Origin: an uncultured Desulfobacter sp.
Lineage (GTDB): Bacteria > Desulfobacterota > Desulfobacteria > Desulfobacterales > Desulfobacteraceae
NCBI GenBank assembly: GCA_963665095.1
Contig: OY762069.1
Coordinates: 2,208,001 to 2,272,000 of the forward strand
DNA length: 64,000 nucleotides
Direction: 5' to 3'
A program made the translations under genes and the position numbers. Each line of letters opens with the position of its first letter. Position 1 is the first letter of the stretch. Positions 20,226-30,777 of this stretch are shown here, piece by piece. The notes below the pieces were generated by a model, which saw nothing but the letters and a program-made list of their open reading frames with translations, made no database searches and was not told the DNA's origin.

Positions 20226-22060
20226 TGACGGTACTGGTTTCTGTCAGGGAACTGTTCAAAGCCTATGGTGATGATACCTTGTTCACCGATTTAAGCTTTG
20301 ATGTCAAACCCGGGGAAAAACTTGGGCTGATCGGGATGAACGGTTCAGGAAAATCCACGCTCTTAAAAATCATCTGCGCTTTGAGCCTGCCCGATGAGGG
20401 AGAGGTCTATGTCCAGCCGGGGGAACGCCTGGTCTATCTGGCCCAGGAAGACCTGTTTGACCCGGAGCTTTCCATTGAGCAGACCCTGTTTCAAAGCCTT
20501 TCCGGCCAGGATCTTCAGGAAAAAGAGCGCCACCGGCGCGTCAGCAAAACCTTGGGAAGTGGCGGTTTTCCGGATCCCGCCATCAAAGTGGATGCGTTAT
20601 CAGGCGGCTGGCGCAAACGGCTGGCCATCTCCAGGGCATTGTGTCAAAATCCTGATCTGCTGCTGCTGGACGAACCCACCAACCACCTGGATATTGCCGG
20701 CATCCTCTGGCTTGAACAGCAGCTTGTGCAGGCACGGTTCTCCTTTGTGGCGGTTTCCCATGACAGAGCATTTTTAGAAACTGTCAGCTCCCATACCATG
20801 GAAATTGCACGGTATTACGAAGGCGGGGTATTCAAAATTCAGGGGCCGTACAATAAATTTGAACAGGAGCGGGACAAGTACCTGGAGGCCCAGACAAAAA
20901 AGCAGGCCTCCCTGGCGTCAAAAATGCGCAGGGAAGATCAGTGGTTACGCCAGGGTGCCAAGGCAAGAACCACCAAAGCCAAATACAGGATTGACCAGGC
21001 TGAAGAATTGCGCCAGGAGCTGTCGGAAGTCAAAACCCGGAACCGCCAGACCGCACGGGTGGACATTGATTTCTCCGGCACGGGACGCCAGACCAGGAAA
21101 CTGCTCCGGGTCCACAACCTTGCCAAAGGTTTTGAAGGCAAACCACTTTTTTCCGGCATCACCTTTGAGTTAGGCCCCGGATTCTGCTTAGGGGTTGTAG
21201 GGGACAATGGTTCAGGCAAATCCACCTTTCTATCCCTGATTGAACAGGCTGAGGAACCGGATCAGGGTACAGTCAAGTGGGCAGAAAATCTTAAGGTTGC
21301 CGTGTATCACCAGGATCGTACACAGCTGGATCCGGACATGACCCTGCGGGAGGCATTGAACCCTGCCGGCGGAGATGCCATCACCTATAAAGACAGATCC
21401 ATCCATGTGGTATCCTGGGCCAAACGGTTCCTGTTCATGCCCGACCAGCTGGACATGCCTGTGGGCCGGCTTTCCGGCGGGGAAAAAGCCCGTATTGTCC
21501 TGGCAGACCTTATGCGCCAGCCCTGCGATCTGCTCCTTCTGGACGAACCCACCAATGACCTGGATATCCTCTCTCTTGAAGTACTTGAAACCTCCATTAA
21601 AGAATTCTCAGGGGCCGTGATTATTGTCTCCCATGACCGGTACCTCATGGACCGGGTCTGCCACCGTATGCTCTATCTGAACAACACGGAAACGCCACAA
21701 TTTTACAAGGATTTCAACCAGATTCTCAAGGCAAGAGCAAGCAAAGAGGCCCCCGGGACCGCCGGTTCAGATAAGCCCAAACCAAAGAAAAATACAGCAG
21801 CTCCCCGCCAGAAACTGGCTTTTTCATATAAAGACAAATATGAGCTTGAACATATCGAGGAAAAAATCCTGGATGCTGAACAGCTTGTTTCAGATCTCAC
21901 AGAGCAGGTGCAGGCCCCGGATGTACTAAGCGACCCGGCCCTTTTAGCCAAGACCTGTACAGAGCTTGAAAAAGCCCAGGCCAGTGTCCAGGCGTTGTAC
22001 GATCGCTGGGAGACACTTGAAGAAAAGAAATCCCAGGCTGATAAAGAAGACAATACATAA
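20225..22060 (+). CDS. uup: ABC-F family ATPase (Uup-like)
   Basis: Two ABC cassettes (GSGKST, LSGG, LDEPTN), no TMs, C-terminal coiled coil. Confidence 0.85.
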   Translation: MTVLVSVRELFKAYGDDTLFTDLSFDVKPGEKLGLIGMNGSGKSTLLKIICALSLPDEGEVYVQPGERLVYLAQEDLFDPELSIEQTLFQSLSGQDLQEKERHRRVSKTLGSGGFPDPAIKVDALSGGWRKRLAISRALCQNPDLLLLDEPTNHLDIAGILWLEQQLVQARFSFVAVSHDRAFLETVSSHTMEIARYYEGGVFKIQGPYNKFEQERDKYLEAQTKKQASLASKMRREDQWLRQGAKARTTKAKYRIDQAEELRQELSEVKTRNRQTARVDIDFSGTGRQTRKLLRVHNLAKGFEGKPLFSGITFELGPGFCLGVVGDNGSGKSTFLSLIEQAEEPDQGTVKWAENLKVAVYHQDRTQLDPDMTLREALNPAGGDAITYKDRSIHVVSWAKRFLFMPDQLDMPVGRLSGGEKARIVLADLMRQPCDLLLLDEPTNDLDILSLEVLETSIKEFSGAVIIVSHDRYLMDRVCHRMLYLNNTETPQFYKDFNQILKARASKEAPGTAGSDKPKPKKNTAAPRQKLAFSYKDKYELEHIEEKILDAEQLVSDLTEQVQAPDVLSDPALLAKTCTELEKAQASVQALYDRWETLEEKKSQADKEDNT

Positions 22061-22141
22061 TGTTCAAACATAAAGGCCCCACCTGCCGTGTCAGGTAAGT
22101 ATGAAAGATAACCAAGTTTTAAGATAATTTCAGAATCAGAT

Positions 22142-22933
22142 ATGTCCCATTATCAATACAGCTTGTGCAGTGTGCCGGCATGGGTCATCGGCTCCCGAGA
22201 ATTCAATGCCAATCCCAGCCCGTTAAGTGTCCATGGGGTACGCGCTTCCCATGCGCATTTTTTTAACCAACTGGACAATCTTGCCAGTTGGGAAGAACGG
22301 GCAAGAATATTCCAAGACTACATGGAAGTTGCGTTTCATCTTCATCAATGGCGGGAAAAGGATCCTGACGGTAAGCAGCTGAGTCTGAAACACAGTTACT
22401 TAAGATTTCTCAGGGGCTGGCTTTTTAATGCGGATTCCACTGAAGGGGCTGTCTTAAAAGGGTGGGTGGAAAGCAGAATGGGGTTGCCCCCAACCTATCA
22501 TGGCGGCCGAATCCGAGGAAAAGATAGCAAAGCGTATTTATCATACCTCACAGACCGCATGAACGGTTCTGCCAGGACCAACGCTATTTTCTCCCAACTG
22601 GATCTTCTTTATGAATTTGTTCAGTACGAAATGACACGCCGCGACCCTGACACGACTCACATAATCCTTTTCAGAGGGGTTCACGGATTTTACGATCATG
22701 ACATACTTGAATGGGATGGCAAGGGGAAAGGGGTTGTCCGGCTTAATAACCTGAATTCCTTTACCCATGATTTTGAGCGTGCCTGGGAATTTGGAACCTT
22801 CATTATTGAAGCCAGGGTTCCCGTATCTAAAATTTTTTTTGACGGGGCGTTTCTCCATGCAGGCATTCTCAAGGGGGAGGAAGAAGTACTGGTCATTGGC
22901 GGAGAGTACGATTTTTCCAGGCGAGTCATATAA
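22142..22933 (+). CDS. draT: NAD+:dinitrogenase-reductase ADP-ribosyltransferase
   Basis: SYLRFLRGW, EGAVLKGWVESRMGLPP.YH, LNNLNSFT, LKGEEEVLVIGG; adjacent to draG. Confidence 0.9.
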   Translation: MSHYQYSLCSVPAWVIGSREFNANPSPLSVHGVRASHAHFFNQLDNLASWEERARIFQDYMEVAFHLHQWREKDPDGKQLSLKHSYLRFLRGWLFNADSTEGAVLKGWVESRMGLPPTYHGGRIRGKDSKAYLSYLTDRMNGSARTNAIFSQLDLLYEFVQYEMTRRDPDTTHIILFRGVHGFYDHDILEWDGKGKGVVRLNNLNSFTHDFERAWEFGTFIIEARVPVSKIFFDGAFLHAGILKGEEEVLVIGGEYDFSRRVI

Positions 22934-22950
22934 CAGGGATACCATCACTA

Positions 22951-23871
22951 ATGAAATCCGCACAGATACCTGACAGAAAACAAATTGTGGAAAAAGCCAG
23001 GGGAGCATTTGTCGGTCTTGCCGTAGGAGATGCCCTAGGGGCGACCGTTGAGTTCATGACGCCCCAGGAGATCAAACTTCACTATGGCGTCCATAAACAG
23101 ATCATTGGCAAAGGCTGGCTCTATCTTAAGGCCGGCCAGGTGACAGATGACACGGAGATGTCCATTTGTATCGGACGGGCCATTCGAAAATCCCAAGGCT
23201 GGCGTCTGCAAGCCGTTGCACAGGAATTTGCCAACTGGGTGGGAGGCCGACCCGTTGATGTCGGATCCACATGTGCCAGGGGAATCAGAAACTATATTCT
23301 TAACCAGCACCTTGAGGTGGCACCGAGTCGCTGGAGTGCCGGAAACGGGGCCTTGATGCGCATGCTTCCCGTTGCACTTTTCACATTGGGAAATAAAGAG
23401 TTGCTTGCTCAATATGTGGTGGAACAGGCCCACCTGACACACAATAATCCACTGTCGGATACGGCATGTATCTTTTTTGGTCATCTGCTTCATGAAACCA
23501 TGATGGGAGCAACATTGGATCAACTTCGGATCCATACTGACGATTTTGCGGATGACCATTCAGATTTCCGTTACCGTCCCTACCCGGGGAAAAGCTCAGC
23601 CTTTATCGTGGATACGGTACAGACTGTTTTCCACTTTCTGTTTTCAACGACAAACTTTGAAGACTGCCTCATTGGTACGGTCAACCAGGGGGGGGATGCA
23701 GATACGACCGGCGCCCTGGTGGGAATGCTTGCCGGTGCTGTCTATGGGATGGAAGGAATCCCAAAACGCTGGTTGAAACGACTGGATTCCCGTGTTTATT
23801 CAGAGGTCAGTGAGCTTGCAGAATATCTGGTGGACCACTGCCCCGCCCTTTTAAAAAAACATGGGGATTGA
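22951..23871 (+). CDS. draG: ADP-ribosyl-[dinitrogenase reductase] glycohydrolase
   Basis: GDALGATVEF, VTDDTEM, GNGALMR, GGDADTTGA. Confidence 0.92.
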   Translation: MKSAQIPDRKQIVEKARGAFVGLAVGDALGATVEFMTPQEIKLHYGVHKQIIGKGWLYLKAGQVTDDTEMSICIGRAIRKSQGWRLQAVAQEFANWVGGRPVDVGSTCARGIRNYILNQHLEVAPSRWSAGNGALMRMLPVALFTLGNKELLAQYVVEQAHLTHNNPLSDTACIFFGHLLHETMMGATLDQLRIHTDDFADDHSDFRYRPYPGKSSAFIVDTVQTVFHFLFSTTNFEDCLIGTVNQGGDADTTGALVGMLAGAVYGMEGIPKRWLKRLDSRVYSEVSELAEYLVDHCPALLKKHGD

Positions 23872-23911
23872 TGTTTACTCTGATGGAAATATCCTTCAAT
23901 AAATGAGACCA

Positions 23912-25503
23912 TCAGGCATCTAAATCCTGACATTTGTCAAGCACCCTGCGAAGGGTAAGAACAAACTGGTCTGCAGTTACCGGCTTGGGGATCACAGCCA
24001 TAAACGCTGAATGGTCGTCCGATTCATCCGGAAAACCTGAACAAAGAATCAGCGGCATATCCGGACAGTGTGCGTGAATTTTTCTGGCCAGTTCATCACC
24101 TGTTGCGCCAGGCATTTTCCAGTCCAATATGGTCAGGTCAATTTTTTCACCCAGATATCTCCGTGGTGATCCCTGATAATACCATGGCTGATGGAGAGAC
24201 CAAGCCCGGTTCCTTTTCCACTTTTTTTGGTGGAAAAATAGGGGTCAAAAATTCGGCCCAGATGTTCCGGCGCAATGCCCTTCCCTGTATCCGCCACCCT
24301 AAGCATGAAACAGGGCTGGTCAAAGGCTCTATTCAGCCGTTTTTCGGCCAGATCTGCCGGTGCGGGAGACAAAGAAAGGGATAGGCTTTTATCTTTGAGG
24401 CCGGCCATGCTGTCAAACGCCTGAATGCCGTTGGTCAAAAGATTCATGATCACCTGGAATAACTGGTTTTTATCACATAAAACCGGAGAGGGGCCAGGGA
24501 CTATATCAACACTGAAATCAATCTGAGAGGGGACCCCGACTTTAATCAGTGCAACGCACTCCCGGGTAATCGCCCCTAAGTCATTGATGCTTTTAGATGT
24601 CTGGGCCTGTCTGCTGAAGGTCAGAATCCGGTGGGTGATACCCTTGGCCCGTTCGGCTGCCCGGTTGATTCTTTCAAGGTGTGATCTGACTGAATCATTC
24701 AGCTTATTTTCCATGAGTGAGAGTTCGGTAAATCCTGAAATGGCACTGAGGATATTGTTGAAATCATGGGCAATACCTCCGGCAAGGGTTCCCATGGCCT
24801 CCATCTTCTGGGCCTGATGGAGCTTTTCAACAAGAGTCCGGTTCTCTTTTTCCGCCTCAATCCGGCTTTGGATTTCGTGATCAAGCCGTTTACGCCTGAG
24901 GGTTTCATCTCTGGCCAGTTGGGTTATCCGGTTAATAATAAAGCCGGTGGACACGGACAGTATTGCATTAATGGCGATAAAATTAACGCTCATAACAGTC
25001 CAGACAGGGATGACGTCCTTGGAAAGCAGCGCCCAGTGCACCTTTTCCATAAAAATAAGAAGGGTAAGCCCACCAATGGTAATTATATTCAGCCCCAGGG
25101 AAATCATTGAAGGCACAAACCCCAGCAGTACGCCTGCCATAACGGAGAACAGCAGTAACCACAGGAATCCGGCACCTGTGGGACCAAGGACAGTCAGGAG
25201 ACAAGCCCCCAGCACATAAAAAACCATCAGCAACCCCATGGCCCTTGGAAAAAATGCCATCCGTCTTCTCACCAGCAATCCAAAGATCCCCATCAGGGTA
25301 AGGGTATCTAGGAAAATAACAGAGGTGAAATGATAGATATATCCGTAGTATACACTGGGAATATAGGCAACGGTGCAAAACAGACAAAGAGTGAGCAGCA
25401 GGCTGACCAGGAGTCGATGACGAAAATATCCGACGCCTGGTTCAATATGTTTGTCCGGCAGGTCAAACAGGGAAACAACATAATTTTTTATTGTATTGCG
25501 CAT
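23912..25503 (-). pseudogene. Hybrid membrane histidine kinase with internal deletion and frameshift
   Basis: AGGIAHDFNN kinase stops at ...GDIWVKKLT*. Another frame continues with KIDLTILDWKMP (receiver). The end of the HATPase and the start of the receiver are missing. Confidence 0.75.
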
Positions 25504-25791
25504 TCAGCAGCCATATTAGAAATTAAGACAAGCGTTATGATTAGATTCTTTTATCAGAATAATCACTGATCTTCAAATCTGATACACGGCGTTGGGATAT
25601 AATTTTTGAGTGCGGCTTATATTTCCCTGCTCTTGAACAAGGTGCTGACGCTGAGAAACTGGAAACGGGCAGGAAAATTCCAATCCAATGGGACAGTGAT
25701 TATCTCAGGGATCAGAACTATCCTGCCAAAAAGGGTTAAGGGGAAAAAGCAATAATTGAAAAGGCCATAAAATCAGATATCTATAATGGTC

Positions 25792-27084
25792 TTAATCCAG
25801 ATCACCCAGCATGATCCGAATGATCTCCTTGTCTGTCTCGCTCATCCCGTCCCGGCCAAGGCGGCCTACGTTGGTGATTGTATTTTCAACCCCTTTGGTG
25901 ACGATACCGTCGCCGCCGTAGAACTGCTGTCCTTTCTGCCACATTCTGAAACCAAGAATCCCGGCATCCACGGATGCGGCGATTTTCGCCGCGCAGGAAG
26001 GCTTGGCCCCGTCACAGATAATGCCTGACACCATGGCCACACTGTTCACTATAATATGGGCAATCTCTTCAAACCCGCAGCCGTGCAGCCAGGCAATGCC
26101 GGCACCCGCACCAACCCCGGCACTGACAGCCCCGCAATAGGCTGAAAGCCGGCCAATGCCGGTCTTTTGATGAATGGTAATCAGGTTGGACACCACCAGG
26201 GCCCGGTAAAGGTCATCCCGGGAAGCATTGAGATGGGCCGCGTATTCAATCACCGGAACAGATGCTGTAATCCCCTGGTTACCACTGCCGGAGACAATCA
26301 CCACCGGCAGGCTGCACCCGCCCATTCGGGCATCAGAGGCAGCTGCAGCCTTGGCCTTGGCCCGGGTTATGATATCGGCGTTTCCATTTTCCATGAGAAC
26401 GGAACCGATATTGGCCCCCCAGTCACCTTTAAACCCTTCCTCAGCAATCTTCATGTTGCAGTCGATCTGAAACTGCAGCATCTTTTTCACCTCATCCACC
26501 GCAACAGATCCGGCAAAATCAACTATGCCTTCCACAGACATAAATGACCGGTCAGTGAGTCCCTGGCTGGGATCATTAACCTGCCCGTCATCTGCGTCCT
26601 GAAACACCACCGTCCCATTTTTTTCAATGCGCACAATATTGGTGTGGTGCTGACTGATCCGGACCAGAGCACTCTCTTCTCCCTTGAACAGGGTCACTAC
26701 CAGATCAAAGATCAAATCAGAATTCAAGGCCCCTACTTTAATTTCAGTGGCGTCAATATATTGTGCAATCTGTTCGCGCTGACTGTCACTGACCTCAGAA
26801 ATCACCTCAAGCTCTTTATCCGACTTTCCAGCGACAATGCCGGCAGCTGTTGCGGCCCCAATACCTTTAAGTCCGCCTGTGTTGGGGACCACCACACTTT
26901 TTACATTTTTAATTATATTTCCACTGGCCTGGACCTGGACCCGGTCCGGCAGTTCACCTAAAACTTCCTTTGCCTTTGCCGCAGCATAGGCGATGGCGAT
27001 GGGCTCAGTACATCCCATGGCCGGAAGAAGCTCTTCTTTTAATACCTGCAGGTAAGCTGAATAGTTTTTATCTGTCTTATCCAT
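25792..27084 (-). CDS. L-cysteine desulfidase CdsB/YhaM family (serine dehydratase alpha-like)
   Basis: AMGCTEP, NIIKN, SDARMGG, GSGNQG, LSAYCG, CDGAK.SCA.K. Confidence 0.88.
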   Translation of the reverse strand: MDKTDKNYSAYLQVLKEELLPAMGCTEPIAIAYAAAKAKEVLGELPDRVQVQASGNIIKNVKSVVVPNTGGLKGIGAATAAGIVAGKSDKELEVISEVSDSQREQIAQYIDATEIKVGALNSDLIFDLVVTLFKGEESALVRISQHHTNIVRIEKNGTVVFQDADDGQVNDPSQGLTDRSFMSVEGIVDFAGSVAVDEVKKMLQFQIDCNMKIAEEGFKGDWGANIGSVLMENGNADIITRAKAKAAAASDARMGGCSLPVVIVSGSGNQGITASVPVIEYAAHLNASRDDLYRALVVSNLITIHQKTGIGRLSAYCGAVSAGVGAGAGIAWLHGCGFEEIAHIIVNSVAMVSGIICDGAKPSCAAKIAASVDAGILGFRMWQKGQQFYGGDGIVTKGVENTITNVGRLGRDGMSETDKEIIRIMLGDLD

Positions 27085-27112
27085 TTTTTAACCTTCCTTA
27101 CGTATAACTCAA

Positions 27113-27997
27113 TTAACAGGAAGCGCAAGGATCTACATGCACCCTGACTTCACTGATTTTGCTCATATGGGTTTTAATCATCTCCCGGACCTGATCGGAG
27201 ATATCATGGGCCTCTTTCAGGGTAATTTCCGGGTCCACGACAATATCCAGATCAATCAGGTAAAATGCACCGCTTCTGCGCACCCGGATACCGTGGACAC
27301 TGCGTACCCCGTTAACGACCATGGACAGGCTTTTAATCTCATCAATTTTATTCTGGCCCGGTGATTCATCCATGATCTGCCCCACCGCATCCATGACAAT
27401 ATCGAAACTCATTTTGAAAATGAACAACGCGACGACGATGCCGGCCACAGGATCCAGGATCGGATATCTGAATTTTGCACCGAGAATGCCTATCAGGGCG
27501 GCAATGGACGAAAAGGCGTCGGATCTGTGGTCTTTGGCATTGGCAATGGTGGATGGACTGTTTGACCTGACCCCCGCCCTGTAAGTAAACTGGTACATCA
27601 ACTCCTTGATAACGATGGAGAGGACCGCAGCGTAAACCGCCAGGTTTCCCGGTGGATGAATATTGCCATGCCGGATGACGCCCAGAGCCGTCACGATAAT
27701 CTGGATACCGGCCGCCGCCAGCATCATACCCACAATCAGGGTGGAGACCACTTCGGCCTTGCCATGGCCGTAAGGATGGTCTTCATCCGCCGGCTTCTGG
27801 GCAATCTTCAGGCTGATGTAAACAAACAGGGAGGCAAAGATATCAGAGGCCGAGTGAACCGCGTCTGCAATCATGGCACTGGAGTTTGCCAGCACCCCGG
27901 CAATGCCCTTTAATAACGCAAGGACCAGATTACCCAGGAACCCGACAACCGCCCAGTACCGGGCCTGTTTAAATTCACTGTTTGATGACGCTGCTAT
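27113..27997 (-). CDS. Cation diffusion facilitator (FieF-like); start uncertain, possibly ATA at 27997
   Basis: DAVHSASD, HPYGHGKAE, DHRSD, VHVDP. The frame with a first TM is open upstream of GTG 27895 to ATA 27997. Confidence 0.85.
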   Translation of the reverse strand: MAASSNSEFKQARYWAVVGFLGNLVLALLKGIAGVLANSSAMIADAVHSASDIFASLFVYISLKIAQKPADEDHPYGHGKAEVVSTLIVGMMLAAAGIQIIVTALGVIRHGNIHPPGNLAVYAAVLSIVIKELMYQFTYRAGVRSNSPSTIANAKDHRSDAFSSIAALIGILGAKFRYPILDPVAGIVVALFIFKMSFDIVMDAVGQIMDESPGQNKIDEIKSLSMVVNGVRSVHGIRVRRSGAFYLIDLDIVVDPEITLKEAHDISDQVREMIKTHMSKISEVRVHVDPCASC

Positions 27998-29739
27998 TTT
28001 TCCTCTCCCGCATCAATAATCTGTTCCTGAAAAAAGTCCCAGTTGGGGATATACGGCATGCCATGCACCCCAAGTTCCGATGTCATGGACGAAATAATGG
28101 TGGGTTTGAGTTTCAGGTCTTCCAGTTCGTGATAGTGGTGGTTGAATATGTCGTCAGGATCACCGTTAAGGATAATTTCACCCTTGTTGACCACCACCAC
28201 GCGGGTGGCGTACTTGGCCACCACCTCCATGTCATGGGTGACCATAATCAGGGTGCCTTTATGTTTGTATACAATCTCCTCCATCAGGTCCAGAAGACCT
28301 GCCAGATTTTTTTCATCCAGCCCTGTGGTGGGTTCATCCAGCATGATCACCTTGGGGTGGGAGACCAGCATGGTGGCTACCGCCAGACGCTGCCGCTGGC
28401 CACGGCTTAAAGAGAAGGGGTGCTCGTTTTCCCTTGCCTCCAGCCCCACAATTTTAAGGGCGCGGTCAGTCTCCTCCTGGATCACCTCCTCTTCAAAATC
28501 GCGGTTACGCAACCCAAATTCAATCTCTTCCCTGACAGTATTGCAGAAAAGCTGATTATCCGGATTCTGGAACACATAACCAATATCAAGGATGAGATCG
28601 GAGATATCGGTCTCTTTGGTATTATTTCCATTGATGATCACCTCACCTGAGGTCGGTGTCAGCAGGCCTAAAATATTTTTCATCAATGTGGATTTGCCGG
28701 AACCGTTATGGCCCACAATGGCCAGGAACTCACCCTGAAAAATATCCAGGTTCACATCAAAAAGGATCTGCTTGTCTGCACCGGGATAGGTAAAATCCAC
28801 GTGGGAGATCCGGGCGACAGTCTCATCACTGGGGATGGTGTAGTCCCGGTAGCGGATCTTGGGGAACTGAACGGTCTTGCCGTCAAGGGCATGCGCGCAT
28901 AACTGCCTGACGGATTCCTTGGCCACCGGGTATCGGTCCTTTTGTGTCAGGTCGTGGTCTAAAAGAAACTTGCCCAGCCGGATGTGATCCGGGATTCTGA
29001 CCCCGATACTGTCCAGATAGTCGTAATTCTCATAAAAGATCTCAGCAGGTCTGCCGTTCAAAACAATTCTGCCCTCATGCATGACGATGATTCTGTCCGC
29101 ATACTGGGTCAGATCGGTAAGATCATGCTCAATGACAATAAAGGTGGTGTCCACCTCCTCTTTAAGCTCCACCAGAATATCCATTACCTCCTGCTTACTG
29201 ATGGGGTCAAGATCGGTGGTGGGGTCATCAAGGATAATTACCGAGGGCAGCATGGCAAGGTTTGAGGCAATGGAGACCTTCTGCTTCTGACCGCCGGACA
29301 GGGCAAAGGTGATATGGCGTTTGATATCCTCAATGCGCAATTTTTTCAACGCGTAGTTCACCCGCTCCACAATATCTTTTCTGGCATAGCCCTGGCACTC
29401 CACCCCAAAGGCGACCTCATCATCCACCCGGATGGAAAAGATCTGGTCTTCAGGATTCTGGAACACCATGCCGATCTGCCTTGAAATCTCATGCATCTCT
29501 ACGGCCTGGGTATTCAGGCCGTTAATGATCACTTCCCCCTCCATGCGCCCGTCAGCCAGATGTGGAATAATACCGTTCAGGGTCTTGGCCAGTGTGGTTT
29601 TTCCACTGCCGCTGGACCCGCACAAAAGAACAAACTCCCCCTTGGCTATCTCAAAATTCAGATCATCAATGGACTTGGTTTTGGCACTGGGATAGGTGAA
29701 ACTTAAGCGTTTGACCTCTAATATATTTTCGGAACTCAT
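27994..29739 (-). CDS. ECF transporter fused double ATPase (EcfA-A')
   Basis: Two cassettes with VFQNP, LSGGQKQ and LSRGQRQ. Confidence 0.9.
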   Translation of the reverse strand: MSSENILEVKRLSFTYPSAKTKSIDDLNFEIAKGEFVLLCGSSGSGKTTLAKTLNGIIPHLADGRMEGEVIINGLNTQAVEMHEISRQIGMVFQNPEDQIFSIRVDDEVAFGVECQGYARKDIVERVNYALKKLRIEDIKRHITFALSGGQKQKVSIASNLAMLPSVIILDDPTTDLDPISKQEVMDILVELKEEVDTTFIVIEHDLTDLTQYADRIIVMHEGRIVLNGRPAEIFYENYDYLDSIGVRIPDHIRLGKFLLDHDLTQKDRYPVAKESVRQLCAHALDGKTVQFPKIRYRDYTIPSDETVARISHVDFTYPGADKQILFDVNLDIFQGEFLAIVGHNGSGKSTLMKNILGLLTPTSGEVIINGNNTKETDISDLILDIGYVFQNPDNQLFCNTVREEIEFGLRNRDFEEEVIQEETDRALKIVGLEARENEHPFSLSRGQRQRLAVATMLVSHPKVIMLDEPTTGLDEKNLAGLLDLMEEIVYKHKGTLIMVTHDMEVVAKYATRVVVVNKGEIILNGDPDDIFNHHYHELEDLKLKPTIISSMTSELGVHGMPYIPNWDFFQEQIIDAGEEK

Positions 29740-29755
29740 ATCTACCCTTCTTAGC

Positions 29756-30556
29756 TTATGCGGCGGTTACAATGGGGTCAACACCCAGGCCGAAGTAATA
29801 CCGTGCCACCACAGCGGCAATGGAAAAAATAATGGTGAAAATCAACACGGCATAGTCAATTTTGTTCAGGGTGAAATCCTGGTAATATTCGTGCCATGCT
29901 CTGGAACCAAACCCTTTGCTCTCAATGGCCAGCCCCATGGTCCGGCTTTTTCTCAAGGAGTTGATGATCAAAGGCAGGGCCGCCAGCTTAAAGGCGTTTA
30001 AATTGTTTTTTAACCCCTTTTTCTCAATGCCCCTGATGGTCTGGGCCGTGGAGATATTCTGCATTTCATCGGAAACCAGAGGGAACATGCGCAAGGCCCC
30101 GAGCATCATGAACGCCACGGTCAGCGGCAGCTTGATCTTCATCATGGCCTTGGCCATGGCTGCCGGATCAGTGGTGCAGATCAGGATCAGCACGGCAAAA
30201 CAGGGAATGGCGGCCCGAAAGCCTAAAACCAGGCCGGAGACAAAACCGATATCCGTTGCCACAAGGGGGCCAAAGGAGAACAGCACCTGCTGGGTGGGGT
30301 GGTTGTAATTATAAAATGTGGCAAAGACCACTGCGGTCAGACTGAAAATAAGAATTGCCCAGACAAGTCCCATAATTGAAGACAGTTCAATCCTGGCGCT
30401 GAACCACAACGGCAGAATCAGGATGGTAATTCCCAGAAGGTAATAAAAATCGGTGAACAGCAAAGGTACCATTACCAGGGAGAGAATGGCAATCAGTTTG
30501 ACCCTGGGATCCATCCGGTGAACCCAGGTATCTTTTTCATAATTGGAGATAAACAT
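29756..30556 (-). CDS. ecfT: ECF transporter T component
   Basis: DPRVK, AQTIRG and AIESKGF coupling motifs. Confidence 0.88.
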   Translation of the reverse strand: MFISNYEKDTWVHRMDPRVKLIAILSLVMVPLLFTDFYYLLGITILILPLWFSARIELSSIMGLVWAILIFSLTAVVFATFYNYNHPTQQVLFSFGPLVATDIGFVSGLVLGFRAAIPCFAVLILICTTDPAAMAKAMMKIKLPLTVAFMMLGALRMFPLVSDEMQNISTAQTIRGIEKKGLKNNLNAFKLAALPLIINSLRKSRTMGLAIESKGFGSRAWHEYYQDFTLNKIDYAVLIFTIIFSIAAVVARYYFGLGVDPIVTAA

Positions 30557-30777
30557 AAATCATATCCTCGAAGTACAGCCGGAAAACAGGTCTATGTCTT
30601 ATTTGTGCCGTACCCGGTTAAACAGCCATTGGCTTGCAATTTATTCAAACAAGGTGAGTCAGCACCCATCCGGAAACCGCTTGCGATACGCTGGATGAAA
30701 ATCCGCGGTTCCGGACAGGCCCAGGTTTCTCCCCCGGTGAGGCAGCAGTGCGCCGTTCACCGGGGTGTTGCAGGTCA

